Assembly: GCA_965228735.1 (NCBI GenBank) | Contig: OZ245838.1 | Location: 3,200,001 to 3,264,000 of the forward strand | Direction of reading: 5' to 3' | From: Planctomycetota bacterium | GTDB lineage: Bacteria; Planctomycetota; UBA1135; UBA2386 | Length of the DNA stretch: 64,000 nt | In this document: in pieces, positions 18,960 to 27,235 of the stretch | Position numbering within the stretch: the first letter of the stretch is position 1 | Layout: every line of letters starts with the position of its first letter | The notes under the pieces: model-generated | What the model saw: the letters and a program-made list of their open reading frames with translations, nothing else | The model's database searches: none | Told to the model about the DNA's origin: nothing | Translations under genes and position numbers: made by a program

Positions 18960-19032
18960 TCGCCGGAACAGCGGGGCACGGAGTCGAGAACCTCTGGCGC
19001 CCCCTCACGTCGGGCGGTAGCACGAGCTATCG

Positions 19033-20142
19033 ATGCCGAGAACCCCGATCGCCCTGAGGCTGCTCGCCATCCTGGCGAGCGGCAACCTGTCGACCCAGAC
19101 GTTCATCGTCGACGCGAGCAACGGTCCCGGGACGAACTTCACCTCGATCAGCGCCGCGATCACCGCCGTGCCCGACGGCGCGGTGCTCGACGTCCGCGCG
19201 GGCCTCTACGCGCCGTTCACCATCGCGGGCAAGTCGATCACGGTGCTCGGCTCGCCCGGCGTCGTCGTGAACGGCCTCGCGGTGGTCGTGACGATCCGCG
19301 GACTGCAGGCTGCGCAAGCGGTCACGTTGCGAGGCATCGAGTTCCGCAGTGTGCTCCGCGGCAGCGCGCTCGTCTGCCAGAGCTGCCGCGGTGCGATCCT
19401 GCTCGACGATTGCGACGCCAACCCGCTGACCTCGTCGGTCGGCGGCCAACTGGACGTCATGGACTGTGATCAGGTGAGCTGCCGCGGCTGCTGGTTCGGC
19501 GGCACGATGCCCGCAGCTGCGGTGACGGCGAGCAACGTCGCGTTCACCCACTGCATCCTGTCGGCTCATCTGCTCGGATCCGCGCTGTCGACGCTCGACA
19601 GTGACGTGTCACTCAGCAACTGCCTGGTCTGGTCCGGTCTCGGCTCGACGATCCTCGTGGGCAACGGCAAGCTCGCGGTCACTGGCCACTCGACCCTGCG
19701 CAAATCGGTGCCCGCGGCTCCGACGGCCGTCATCGACGGCACGGGCACGGCCGCCGTTCACCCCGATACGACCATCGAAGCACAAGGCTCACCGAGCTAC
19801 GCGGGCGTCGTCGTGACGACGGCGTTCACCCCGCAGGTCGGCGCCTGGACCGAACCGCTCGGGGGCACGGCAACGGCCGAACTGCGGGTGCCACCTGGTG
19901 CGACGGGCGCGCTGTTCGTCGGCCTGCCGGGTCCACCGACATTCTTCAGTGGCGTGCCCGATCCGATCTGGATCCGCGACGGCACCGCGATCCTGCGTGC
20001 CACCGGCTCCGGCATCCTCACGGCGAACTACGCCGTGCCGAGCGCGCCATCGACGCTCGGCACGCTCATCGTCTGGCAAGGCGTGACCCTCGGACCAGGC
20101 GGGCTCGCCGCGAGCAACCCCGTCGTCTACGTGCACGACTGA
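19033..20142 (+). CDS. secreted pectin-lyase-like (beta-helix) protein with shared C-terminal domain
   Basis: IVDASNGPGTNFTSISAAI...DVRAGLY start typical of beta-helix proteins; ends VPSAPSTLG..IVWQG...ASNPVVYVHD. Confidence 0.7.
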   Translation: MPRTPIALRLLAILASGNLSTQTFIVDASNGPGTNFTSISAAITAVPDGAVLDVRAGLYAPFTIAGKSITVLGSPGVVVNGLAVVVTIRGLQAAQAVTLRGIEFRSVLRGSALVCQSCRGAILLDDCDANPLTSSVGGQLDVMDCDQVSCRGCWFGGTMPAAAVTASNVAFTHCILSAHLLGSALSTLDSDVSLSNCLVWSGLGSTILVGNGKLAVTGHSTLRKSVPAAPTAVIDGTGTAAVHPDTTIEAQGSPSYAGVVVTTAFTPQVGAWTEPLGGTATAELRVPPGATGALFVGLPGPPTFFSGVPDPIWIRDGTAILRATGSGILTANYAVPSAPSTLGTLIVWQGVTLGPGGLAASNPVVYVHD

Positions 20143-20226
20143 TCGCAAGCGGCAACCGCGGACCGACCCGGCCGCCCTGGTCCCGAACTGAGCCGATTCG
20201 ACTCCAGACGTTTCAGGTCGCGACCG

Positions 20227-21168
20227 ATGTCCGGCCCCGTGCCCGGTTCCCGAGTCGCTGCGCTACTCCTCGTCCCGACGCTGGCGGTCTCGAGCTGCGA
20301 TCATCCAGGACTCGATCGTGACCAGATCGACATGCTGTTCGAGCTCGACCCGCGCAGCGCACCGACGCGACCGACGACCGCGGCGGAGTTGGCGCTCGGC
20401 TCCCGGTTGTTCGAGACGGGCTTCGGAGAACGATCCTGCTCGCAATGCCATACGAGGTCCGGCCACGGACAGGATGGCCGGACGCACGAACGCAACACCC
20501 CGGCGCTGGCCGACGTCTCACGCCAGCTCGTCCTCGGCTGGGACGGTCATGGGTCGGACCTCCGAGCGACCGTGGCCACGGAGCTGGCTCGCCGCACGGG
20601 AATCGCGACCGACGCGGACGCCACGCGATGGGTCGCGGGTGACATCGGTCTCCAGGCTGCGTTCGACAACGTTCATCCGGGCGCGCCGGCGACTCGCGAT
20701 CGCCTCATCGACGCTCTCGTCGTCCATCTCGATCATTGGCGCACGCGCGGACGCTGGGACGACTTCGTCGAGGGCGACGACGCCGCACTGAGCGCGGCCG
20801 AACGGGCCGGCCTCGCCACGTTCGTCGAAGTCGGCTGCGCGGCCTGCCATGCCGGCCGGACGCTCGGCGGCCGCTCGCGCCACAAACTCGGCGCCGCGCT
20901 GCCGTACGAGACGGATGACACCGGCCTGGCGGCCGTCACCGGCGAGCCTTCGGACCGCTACTTCTTCAAGGCGCCGATGCTGCGGCTGGCCGCGGCTACC
21001 GGGCCGTACCTGCACGACGGCTCGGTCGACCGCCTCGACGCCGCGGTCCGGCTGATGGCGCGCCACGAGCTCGGGCACGAGATCGCCGATCCGGACGTGA
21101 CCGCCATCGTCACGTTCCTGCGCGCGACCGCCGATGTCGACCCGGCCGCTGCGCGACCACCGCGTTGA
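20227..21168 (+). CDS. di-heme cytochrome c peroxidase/MauG-family lipoprotein (divergent)
   Basis: Lipobox-like AVSS|C; CSQCH, RNTPAL, WDG, GCAACH, FKAPMLR, GPYLHDGS. Confidence 0.85.
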   Translation: MSGPVPGSRVAALLLVPTLAVSSCDHPGLDRDQIDMLFELDPRSAPTRPTTAAELALGSRLFETGFGERSCSQCHTRSGHGQDGRTHERNTPALADVSRQLVLGWDGHGSDLRATVATELARRTGIATDADATRWVAGDIGLQAAFDNVHPGAPATRDRLIDALVVHLDHWRTRGRWDDFVEGDDAALSAAERAGLATFVEVGCAACHAGRTLGGRSRHKLGAALPYETDDTGLAAVTGEPSDRYFFKAPMLRLAAATGPYLHDGSVDRLDAAVRLMARHELGHEIADPDVTAIVTFLRATADVDPAAARPPR

Positions 21169-21236
21169 TCCGGAAGCACACCCACCCTCGAAGCCGTTGC
21201 CAGAACCAGACGATCCGAACCGAACCAGTGTCCGAC

Positions 21237-21968
21237 ATGTCCGACCGACCCAACTCTCCGACTTCTGCCGCCGCTTGGCCGCATCATCCTGCGAAGCGCC
21301 GCGTGCGTCCGGCCGTCGCGATTCCGCTGCTCGTCGTCAGCGGGCTGCTCGTCACCGCCGCGTTCTTCGCGTATCGCAAGGTGCAGTCGAGCTACCTCAA
21401 CCGCAACGAGTCCGCCGCCATCGCCACGCTCAAGAACATCTCGAGCGCGCAGGCCCAACTGCAGGCCACGGGACTGCTCGATTGCAACGGCAACGGGCAA
21501 GGCGAGTACGGCTTCTTCGCCGAGCTCGCCGGCGGCCAGCCGCTGCGCGGCACGGCGAAGCGGCTGCAGCCGCCCGTTCTGTCGCGAGCGTTCGCCACGC
21601 TCGTGGAGGGCCGGGTCGAACGGTCGGGTTACGTGTTCCAGATGTTCCTGCCCGACCGCGAGGCGCGCGGCGTCGCGGAGGATCCGCACGGGGGCGATGT
21701 CGACAACGACAACGGCGTCGACCCGGCGCACGCGGAGACGATGTGGTGCTGCTACGCCTGGCCGGCAGAACGTGGGTTCAGCGGCAGTCGCATCTTCTTC
21801 ATCGGCCAGGGCGGCGATGTGCTCGCGACCAACGGCGCGACGAGGTCGTACGAGGGCCGCGACGATCCGTGCACGTTCGATGCAGCGTTCGCCGGTGAGG
21901 CCCGGCTCCACGAGATGGTCGCCGCCAACACCCTCGCCAACGACGGCAACTTCTGGGTCGTCGTTTGA
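21237..21968 (+). CDS. pilin-like/DUF2950-like protein lacking a class III signal motif
   Basis: TM helix then NESAAIATLKNISSAQ...GEYGFFAEL...SGYVF...YAWP...GSRIFFI..G; start GTG 21228 or ATG 21237. Confidence 0.7.
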   Translation: MSDRPNSPTSAAAWPHHPAKRRVRPAVAIPLLVVSGLLVTAAFFAYRKVQSSYLNRNESAAIATLKNISSAQAQLQATGLLDCNGNGQGEYGFFAELAGGQPLRGTAKRLQPPVLSRAFATLVEGRVERSGYVFQMFLPDREARGVAEDPHGGDVDNDNGVDPAHAETMWCCYAWPAERGFSGSRIFFIGQGGDVLATNGATRSYEGRDDPCTFDAAFAGEARLHEMVAANTLANDGNFWVVV

Positions 21969-22125
21969 TGATCCGAACCGCGGCCGCGTGACGGCCGCCT
22001 CGTGCCGGCAGCAGAAAGCCGGATTTCGCGCCAGGATCGGCGTGACGCCGCGGCGGGGACATCGTCTTGCCGCTGGCAGACCGGTGCAGGGCATCGGCGC
22101 CACTCCCCTCACCGCTCCGAACGCC

Positions 22126-23355
22126 ATGTCCCCGATCCTCCGCTCCCTCCGGGCGGTCCGGCAGCTCACGCTGGCCGGCACCGCCGCTCTGCTCGCCGTC
22201 GCCACGCTGCCCGCTCAGGACAACATCCTGATGTACGGCAGCAGCATCATCCAGGGCTCGACGGCCGGCTACCTCGCGGATCTCGTCGCGCAGACCGGCG
22301 CGCCGACTCCCAACGTCGTCACCTCCATCGGCGGCGACCGCACGACGTCCCATCACGTCAACAACATCGGGGCGATCAGCTCCCTGCCGAGCGGGCAGAC
22401 CTGGACCGCGATGATCGTGCAGGGCCACACGCTCGAGACGACGGACTTCATGGGGCAGCCGGCCGCGTTCCAGGCCAACATGCTGACGCTGGGCAACGCG
22501 CTGTACGCGCACAGCCCGCAGGCGCTCTTCGTCGGGCACGAGACCGGCGCCGATCACCCGAACAGTTCGCGCTACCCCGCCTGGTTCGACGACGCCGCGA
22601 CGTGGCTCGCGTTCCCGCAGGCGGCATACGCCGAAGCGGCAGCGGCGATCGACGAAGCCAACCCGAGCGCGCCCCCCGCGCGCATCGCCAAACAGGGCAC
22701 GTGCTGGGCCAACACGATCGGCTACGGCATGTTGTTCTACGGCAACGACCTGCACCACCTCAGCACCCAGGGCAAGGTGCTCGTCGCGTGCCTCTACTAC
22801 ATCACGATCTACGGCGGCCGCATCGAGGACATCGACGTCGACTTCGCGAGTTCGACGCCGCTCGTCAGCCGCTTGCTCGCCGATGGCATCGACGCGGAGA
22901 AGTGGGGTCGCATCGTCGGCTACGCGGACCGCTCGCAGCCGCGCGCCGCGCGCGCGCTGCCCGGCACGGACAGCGACTTCCAGATGCGCGTCGGGATCAA
23001 CAGCACCATCACCACGCTGACGTCGACCAAGACCGCGGTCGATGGCGACACCGTGAACGTGCGCCTGCTCTCCCCGCTCGACGACAACATCGATTTCCCG
23101 GGCGGCGTCTACTTCCAGTGGCTGCCGACCGGCACGACGCCGAACAGCGGCGCGATCCCCGGTCTGCAGCTCGACCGGGCGCTCATGGGCACGTGGTTCT
23201 CCGTGCCCGACCTGAACGGTGGCATCGTGACCCAGACGATCCCGCCGGGATCGGCCGGCATGAGCCTGTGGATCCAGGGCGTCAGCCGTGGCCCGACCGG
23301 GTCGCCGCAGTATTCGATCGCGTTCAGCGACGCGCAGGTGATCGAGGTCCAGTAG
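22126..23355 (+). CDS. secreted SGNH-hydrolase-like protein with C-terminal domain
   Basis: Signal ...ATLPA|Q; block I-like ILMYGSS; DxxH (DLHH); ends LWIQGV...FSDAQVIEVQ. Confidence 0.7.
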   Translation: MSPILRSLRAVRQLTLAGTAALLAVATLPAQDNILMYGSSIIQGSTAGYLADLVAQTGAPTPNVVTSIGGDRTTSHHVNNIGAISSLPSGQTWTAMIVQGHTLETTDFMGQPAAFQANMLTLGNALYAHSPQALFVGHETGADHPNSSRYPAWFDDAATWLAFPQAAYAEAAAAIDEANPSAPPARIAKQGTCWANTIGYGMLFYGNDLHHLSTQGKVLVACLYYITIYGGRIEDIDVDFASSTPLVSRLLADGIDAEKWGRIVGYADRSQPRAARALPGTDSDFQMRVGINSTITTLTSTKTAVDGDTVNVRLLSPLDDNIDFPGGVYFQWLPTGTTPNSGAIPGLQLDRALMGTWFSVPDLNGGIVTQTIPPGSAGMSLWIQGVSRGPTGSPQYSIAFSDAQVIEVQ

Positions 23356-23377
23356 CGCGCCGCCGCGATGGCGCGCG

Positions 23378-24229
23378 CTACGGCTTCGCGGTGAACGTCG
23401 CCGAGCCGAGGCGCAGCGTGTTCAGCGGGTCCATCGCATCGAACTCGGCGACCTGCCACCACGTGCCGGTCGTCAGCATCGAGTATGCGATGCCCGCTTC
23501 GGTCGGGGACTGCGGCGCCCAGTGCGGCGAGTTCGACAAGCCGACGAACACCGGGTTGTCGAGCTCGATCGTGCCGAACGGCTGCGATACGGGTGTCGGC
23601 AGCAACGCCCCCGACGCGAAGATCAGGAACACGTGGTTCGGTGCATGACTCGCGGTCGACCACAGCGAGAACTCGGCCGTCGGCGCCGGCGGCGACTGGA
23701 AGTTCTCGGTATGCCCGGGGACCAGGAATGGTGCGCGTTCGGCGGTGAGCTGCGCGGGGTAGATCCGGCCGATGCCGCCCGCCTGGTAGATGTTGGACTC
23801 CAGCATCAGGAGGTTCACGCCCTGGCGCAGCGACACCCGGAACTGCGGCACGTCCATGTTCGTGGTTCCGCTGTCGTCCTGCCGCCACGTGCCGCTGTCC
23901 CCCGACGGCAGGAGCCGCCAGGTCACGTCCTCGCGCGAACCGGCAACTGCGAACACGGTGTTGAGGTCCAGCAGGTGGGAACCACCCTGGGCGACCTGGA
24001 ACGTGGTCAGCGCCACGACCGGCGAGACGACGTAGTGCGGCGCAGCCTGGATCGGCTGGCACACGATCTGCGAATTGCTCTGCGACACCACCACCTCGCT
24101 GGGGTCGTGCACGACCGTCCAGGTGGAGAGCGGCGGCAGGGTGACGGACTGAGCGGCTGCGGGCGCACAGGACAGCGCGATGGCGAGCGCGCAGAACGCG
24201 GACGAAGCGGGCAGGCGTGTCGATTTCAT
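23378..24229 (-). CDS. secreted hypothetical protein (possibly a divergent shared C-terminal domain)
   Basis: Signal ...APAAA|Q; beta-rich; ends WWQVAEFD...LGSATFTAKP. Confidence 0.65.
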   Translation of the reverse strand: MKSTRLPASSAFCALAIALSCAPAAAQSVTLPPLSTWTVVHDPSEVVVSQSNSQIVCQPIQAAPHYVVSPVVALTTFQVAQGGSHLLDLNTVFAVAGSREDVTWRLLPSGDSGTWRQDDSGTTNMDVPQFRVSLRQGVNLLMLESNIYQAGGIGRIYPAQLTAERAPFLVPGHTENFQSPPAPTAEFSLWSTASHAPNHVFLIFASGALLPTPVSQPFGTIELDNPVFVGLSNSPHWAPQSPTEAGIAYSMLTTGTWWQVAEFDAMDPLNTLRLGSATFTAKP

Positions 24230-24571
24230 GATCGGAGATCGAGGAAGACGTGAAAGAGACGGCCGGGCTCCTCCCCGGCTCTGCGAGCGAAGCAGAGCCG
24301 CCGCACCGTGCCCGATTCGACGCTCCTTCTCCGTGCTAGTGCGGGTTGCCGCTCAGGCAACCGGCGATTCGATGGAATCGAAGGCAACCGTCCTGGGCCC
24401 GGTTCTGGACGCCCGCAACGACCCGCAACGCCCCCGGGCGTCAAGCCAAGATCGCGGCAATCCCTCCGCACATTGGCTGCCACCCGAACCCCGCAACCTT
24501 CACGCGGGGCTCACCGCGTTCGTCGACGAGTCACGTTCTCTGGCGCTCTGACCGTTTCGGAGAACACACAC

Positions 24572-26506
24572 ATGACCAAGACACTTTCCATCCTCACGGC
24601 GCTCGCGCTCTCGTCGGCGCTCAGCGCCCAGCTCTTTCCTCCGTCGTCGACGTTGCCCCGCGGTGAGGTGCAGCTCAACGACGACTACATCGACGTTGGC
24701 ACCCACGGCTGGGGGTCCTGGCGCATGGCCTCGCCGCGTGAGCTCGTGCAGCCGGGCCCGGCGGGAACCGCGCACACCGCCAACGTCGCCTACATGGTCT
24801 ATCTCGACACCGACGCGACGGGCACCGACGTCCTGCGGTTCCGCCGCACGACCACCGGCGGCTACTCGTGGGAAGCGGCCCAAACGATCTACACGCTCTC
24901 CTCGACCGAGTACTTCTCGGCCGGCGAGACGCGCCTGCTCGCGTTCGAGCACGAGGTCTACGTGGTGTTCGCGGCCAACCTGCACACCCAGGTCGGCGGT
25001 GCCGAAGCCGTGTTCGTCTTGGGTTCGGAGGACCAGGGGCAGAACTGGAACGGCCCGCTGCTGGTGTCGACCGGCATGACGACCAACACGCTGAACGACG
25101 CCGACGAGGTCAACGCCGCGATCTCGAGCGACACGTCCGGCAACTACGTCAACATCGTGTTCGAAGCCGACACCCCGTCGGTGACGAACGAGGACATCTT
25201 CTTCGTGCAGTGCGGCTTCGACACGAACGGCACGCTGCAGATCACCGTGCCGGAGACGCGGCTCAACCACGCGGTCCCGGCCGGCACCACGGACGTCGAC
25301 TTCACGTCGATCGCGGCCGACGGTCCGGTGATCCACATCGCATGGAACGACGATCGCGCCGGCGGCGGCAACAACCAGAACGACACGTTCTCGATGACGT
25401 CGCAGGCCAACGGCAACGACTTCGCCACGGTCACGGAGCTGCGGCACACGACGCAGCCCGCGCCGCTCAGCTGGGCGGCCCCCCGGCGCCCGCACGCCGC
25501 GGTCGATCTGCCGCACGTCTACACGTTCATGGAGCACGCCATCAACGGCCAGGACGACGTCTGGATGGACTGGTCGCAGGCCCTCGGCACGGCCGGCTCC
25601 TGGAGCCCGACGGTCGCCATCAACACCGCGACGCTCGGCAGCGGCGGCGACATCGACGGCTTCTACGTGATCGCGGATGACGGCAAGGTTGCCGTTGCCT
25701 ACGTGGATGACCGCCTCAACGGCGCCAACAACAACAGCAACAACCAGGCGGTGGTTGCGGTGAGCCTCAACGGCGGCACGGACTTCGTGAACGGCACGCA
25801 CGTCGAAGTGCCGCTAAGCATGCGCGATCCGAACCCGTTGTTCGGGATCGACTTCGTCGGCGATCTGATTGCGGTCCTCTACGAGACCAACTGCGGCGGC
25901 GGTGAGGACATCGGCATCTCGCTGAGCGCCGATAACGGCCAGAACTTCACGCACTACGACGTGACGAGCTTCGGCGGCTGCGGTCAGTCACCGGGCGGCG
26001 TAGACGTCGACGACCCGCGCGGCACGCTGACGCGGAACGGCGACTTCCTGTTCACCTGGATCGACGACCGCAGCCCGTCGGGCCAGGGCGTCGGCAACTC
26101 GTTCAACAACCTCTACACGACCGGCATCCACTGGCCGCAGCTGCTGGATCAGACCAGCACGAACCAGGGCCTGCGCTTCGAGGGCGACTCGCCGGCGAAC
26201 GTCGGTACCTGGGTCATGGTGATCCTCTCCGGCACCGGCACCTCGATGCAGTGGCAGCTCGATCCGACGAACGGTGTCCTGCCGAACCTCGAGTACGACT
26301 TCTGGAGCGTCGCTTCGATCGGCGGCGCGCTCGCGACCCCGCCGGGGCCGAATAACCTCAACTTCAACCTCATCGACCTCGGCGGCAACTGCGACTTCCC
26401 GAGCACGCCGAACCCGACGACGCTGACCGGGCTGCCGTTCTGGGCGACGGCGATCACGCTGCCCGCGAGCGGGCCGATCAAGTTCACGGACCCGATCGCG
26501 TTCTGA
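24572..26506 (+). CDS. secreted sialidase-like/BNR-repeat beta-propeller protein
   Basis: GGAG RBS; signal MTKTLSILTALALSSALSA|Q; Asp-box-like TTTGGYSW, SEDQGQNW, SLNGGTDF, SADNGQNF; WxDDR repeats. Confidence 0.75.
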   Translation: MTKTLSILTALALSSALSAQLFPPSSTLPRGEVQLNDDYIDVGTHGWGSWRMASPRELVQPGPAGTAHTANVAYMVYLDTDATGTDVLRFRRTTTGGYSWEAAQTIYTLSSTEYFSAGETRLLAFEHEVYVVFAANLHTQVGGAEAVFVLGSEDQGQNWNGPLLVSTGMTTNTLNDADEVNAAISSDTSGNYVNIVFEADTPSVTNEDIFFVQCGFDTNGTLQITVPETRLNHAVPAGTTDVDFTSIAADGPVIHIAWNDDRAGGGNNQNDTFSMTSQANGNDFATVTELRHTTQPAPLSWAAPRRPHAAVDLPHVYTFMEHAINGQDDVWMDWSQALGTAGSWSPTVAINTATLGSGGDIDGFYVIADDGKVAVAYVDDRLNGANNNSNNQAVVAVSLNGGTDFVNGTHVEVPLSMRDPNPLFGIDFVGDLIAVLYETNCGGGEDIGISLSADNGQNFTHYDVTSFGGCGQSPGGVDVDDPRGTLTRNGDFLFTWIDDRSPSGQGVGNSFNNLYTTGIHWPQLLDQTSTNQGLRFEGDSPANVGTWVMVILSGTGTSMQWQLDPTNGVLPNLEYDFWSVASIGGALATPPGPNNLNFNLIDLGGNCDFPSTPNPTTLTGLPFWATAITLPASGPIKFTDPIAF

Positions 26507-26582
26507 GCAAGGTTGCCCGCTTCGCGGGCAAACTTGCTCAGAACCTCGCCGCGCTCCTTCGGAGCGCGGCGAGGTCCTGAGC
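26503..26582. repeat. double-hairpin palindromic repeat, copy 2
   Basis: CTGAGCAAGGTTGCCCGC-TTC-GCGGGCAAACTTGCTCAG plus GCTCAGAACCTCGCCGCGCTCC-TTC-GGAGCGCGGCGAGGTCCTGAGC; matches 931-1011. Confidence 0.85.
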
Positions 26583-26644
26583 TTGATGCCCGCCGCCGGC
26601 GGGCTGCGTCAGCCAAGGTGAGTTTGTTCTTTGGGAGATCCGCC

Positions 26645-27235
26645 TCAGCCGCCGCCGCGCTTGAGCTCGACCACCTTGTCGGCCAGGCGCGGCAGCGCGC
26701 GGTGATAGCGCTTACGGGCGGCCTCGCCGGAGATGCCGAGCCGCTCGCCGACGGCTTCGAACTCGAGCTCGTCCCAGTCCCGCAGCCGGATCACGTCGCG
26801 GTCCTCGGGCGCGAGCAGCTCGATCGCGAGGACCACCCACTCGCGTCGCTCGGCCGCCGCCGCGTGCTGACTCGGACTCGAGATCGAACGCAGCGGCGGG
26901 TCGAGCTCGAGCACCGAATCGGTCGCGGTGCCCGCCTCACGACGGCGGTCGCGCTTGCCGCGGTGCAGGTGCCGGTAACGGTCGCGGATGTTGTTCTCGA
27001 CGATGCAGAGCAGCAGCCGGCAGAAGCGACTGCGGTCCGTCGTCGCGAAGCTCGGGCCGTGCACCAGCACTTCGAGCAGCGCCTCCTGCACGATGTCCTG
27101 CGTGTCACCGTCCGCGCGCACGACGGATCCCAGGCGACCGCGCACCTTCTGCTCGATCGACGGCAGCAGCTCCCGTACGAGCTCACCCAGCACCTGCGCG
27201 TCGTGCTCGACGCCGGCGCGATAGCGCTCCGTCAT
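26645..27235 (-). CDS. ECF RNA polymerase sigma-70 factor (kinase-associated)
   Basis: Region 2 DIVQEALL...IVENNIRDRYR; region 4 LAPEDRDVIRLRDW..LEFEAVGERLG...RKRYHRAL; 4-nt ATGA overlap with the kinase. Confidence 0.9.
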   Translation of the reverse strand: MTERYRAGVEHDAQVLGELVRELLPSIEQKVRGRLGSVVRADGDTQDIVQEALLEVLVHGPSFATTDRSRFCRLLLCIVENNIRDRYRHLHRGKRDRRREAGTATDSVLELDPPLRSISSPSQHAAAAERREWVVLAIELLAPEDRDVIRLRDWDELEFEAVGERLGISGEAARKRYHRALPRLADKVVELKRGGG

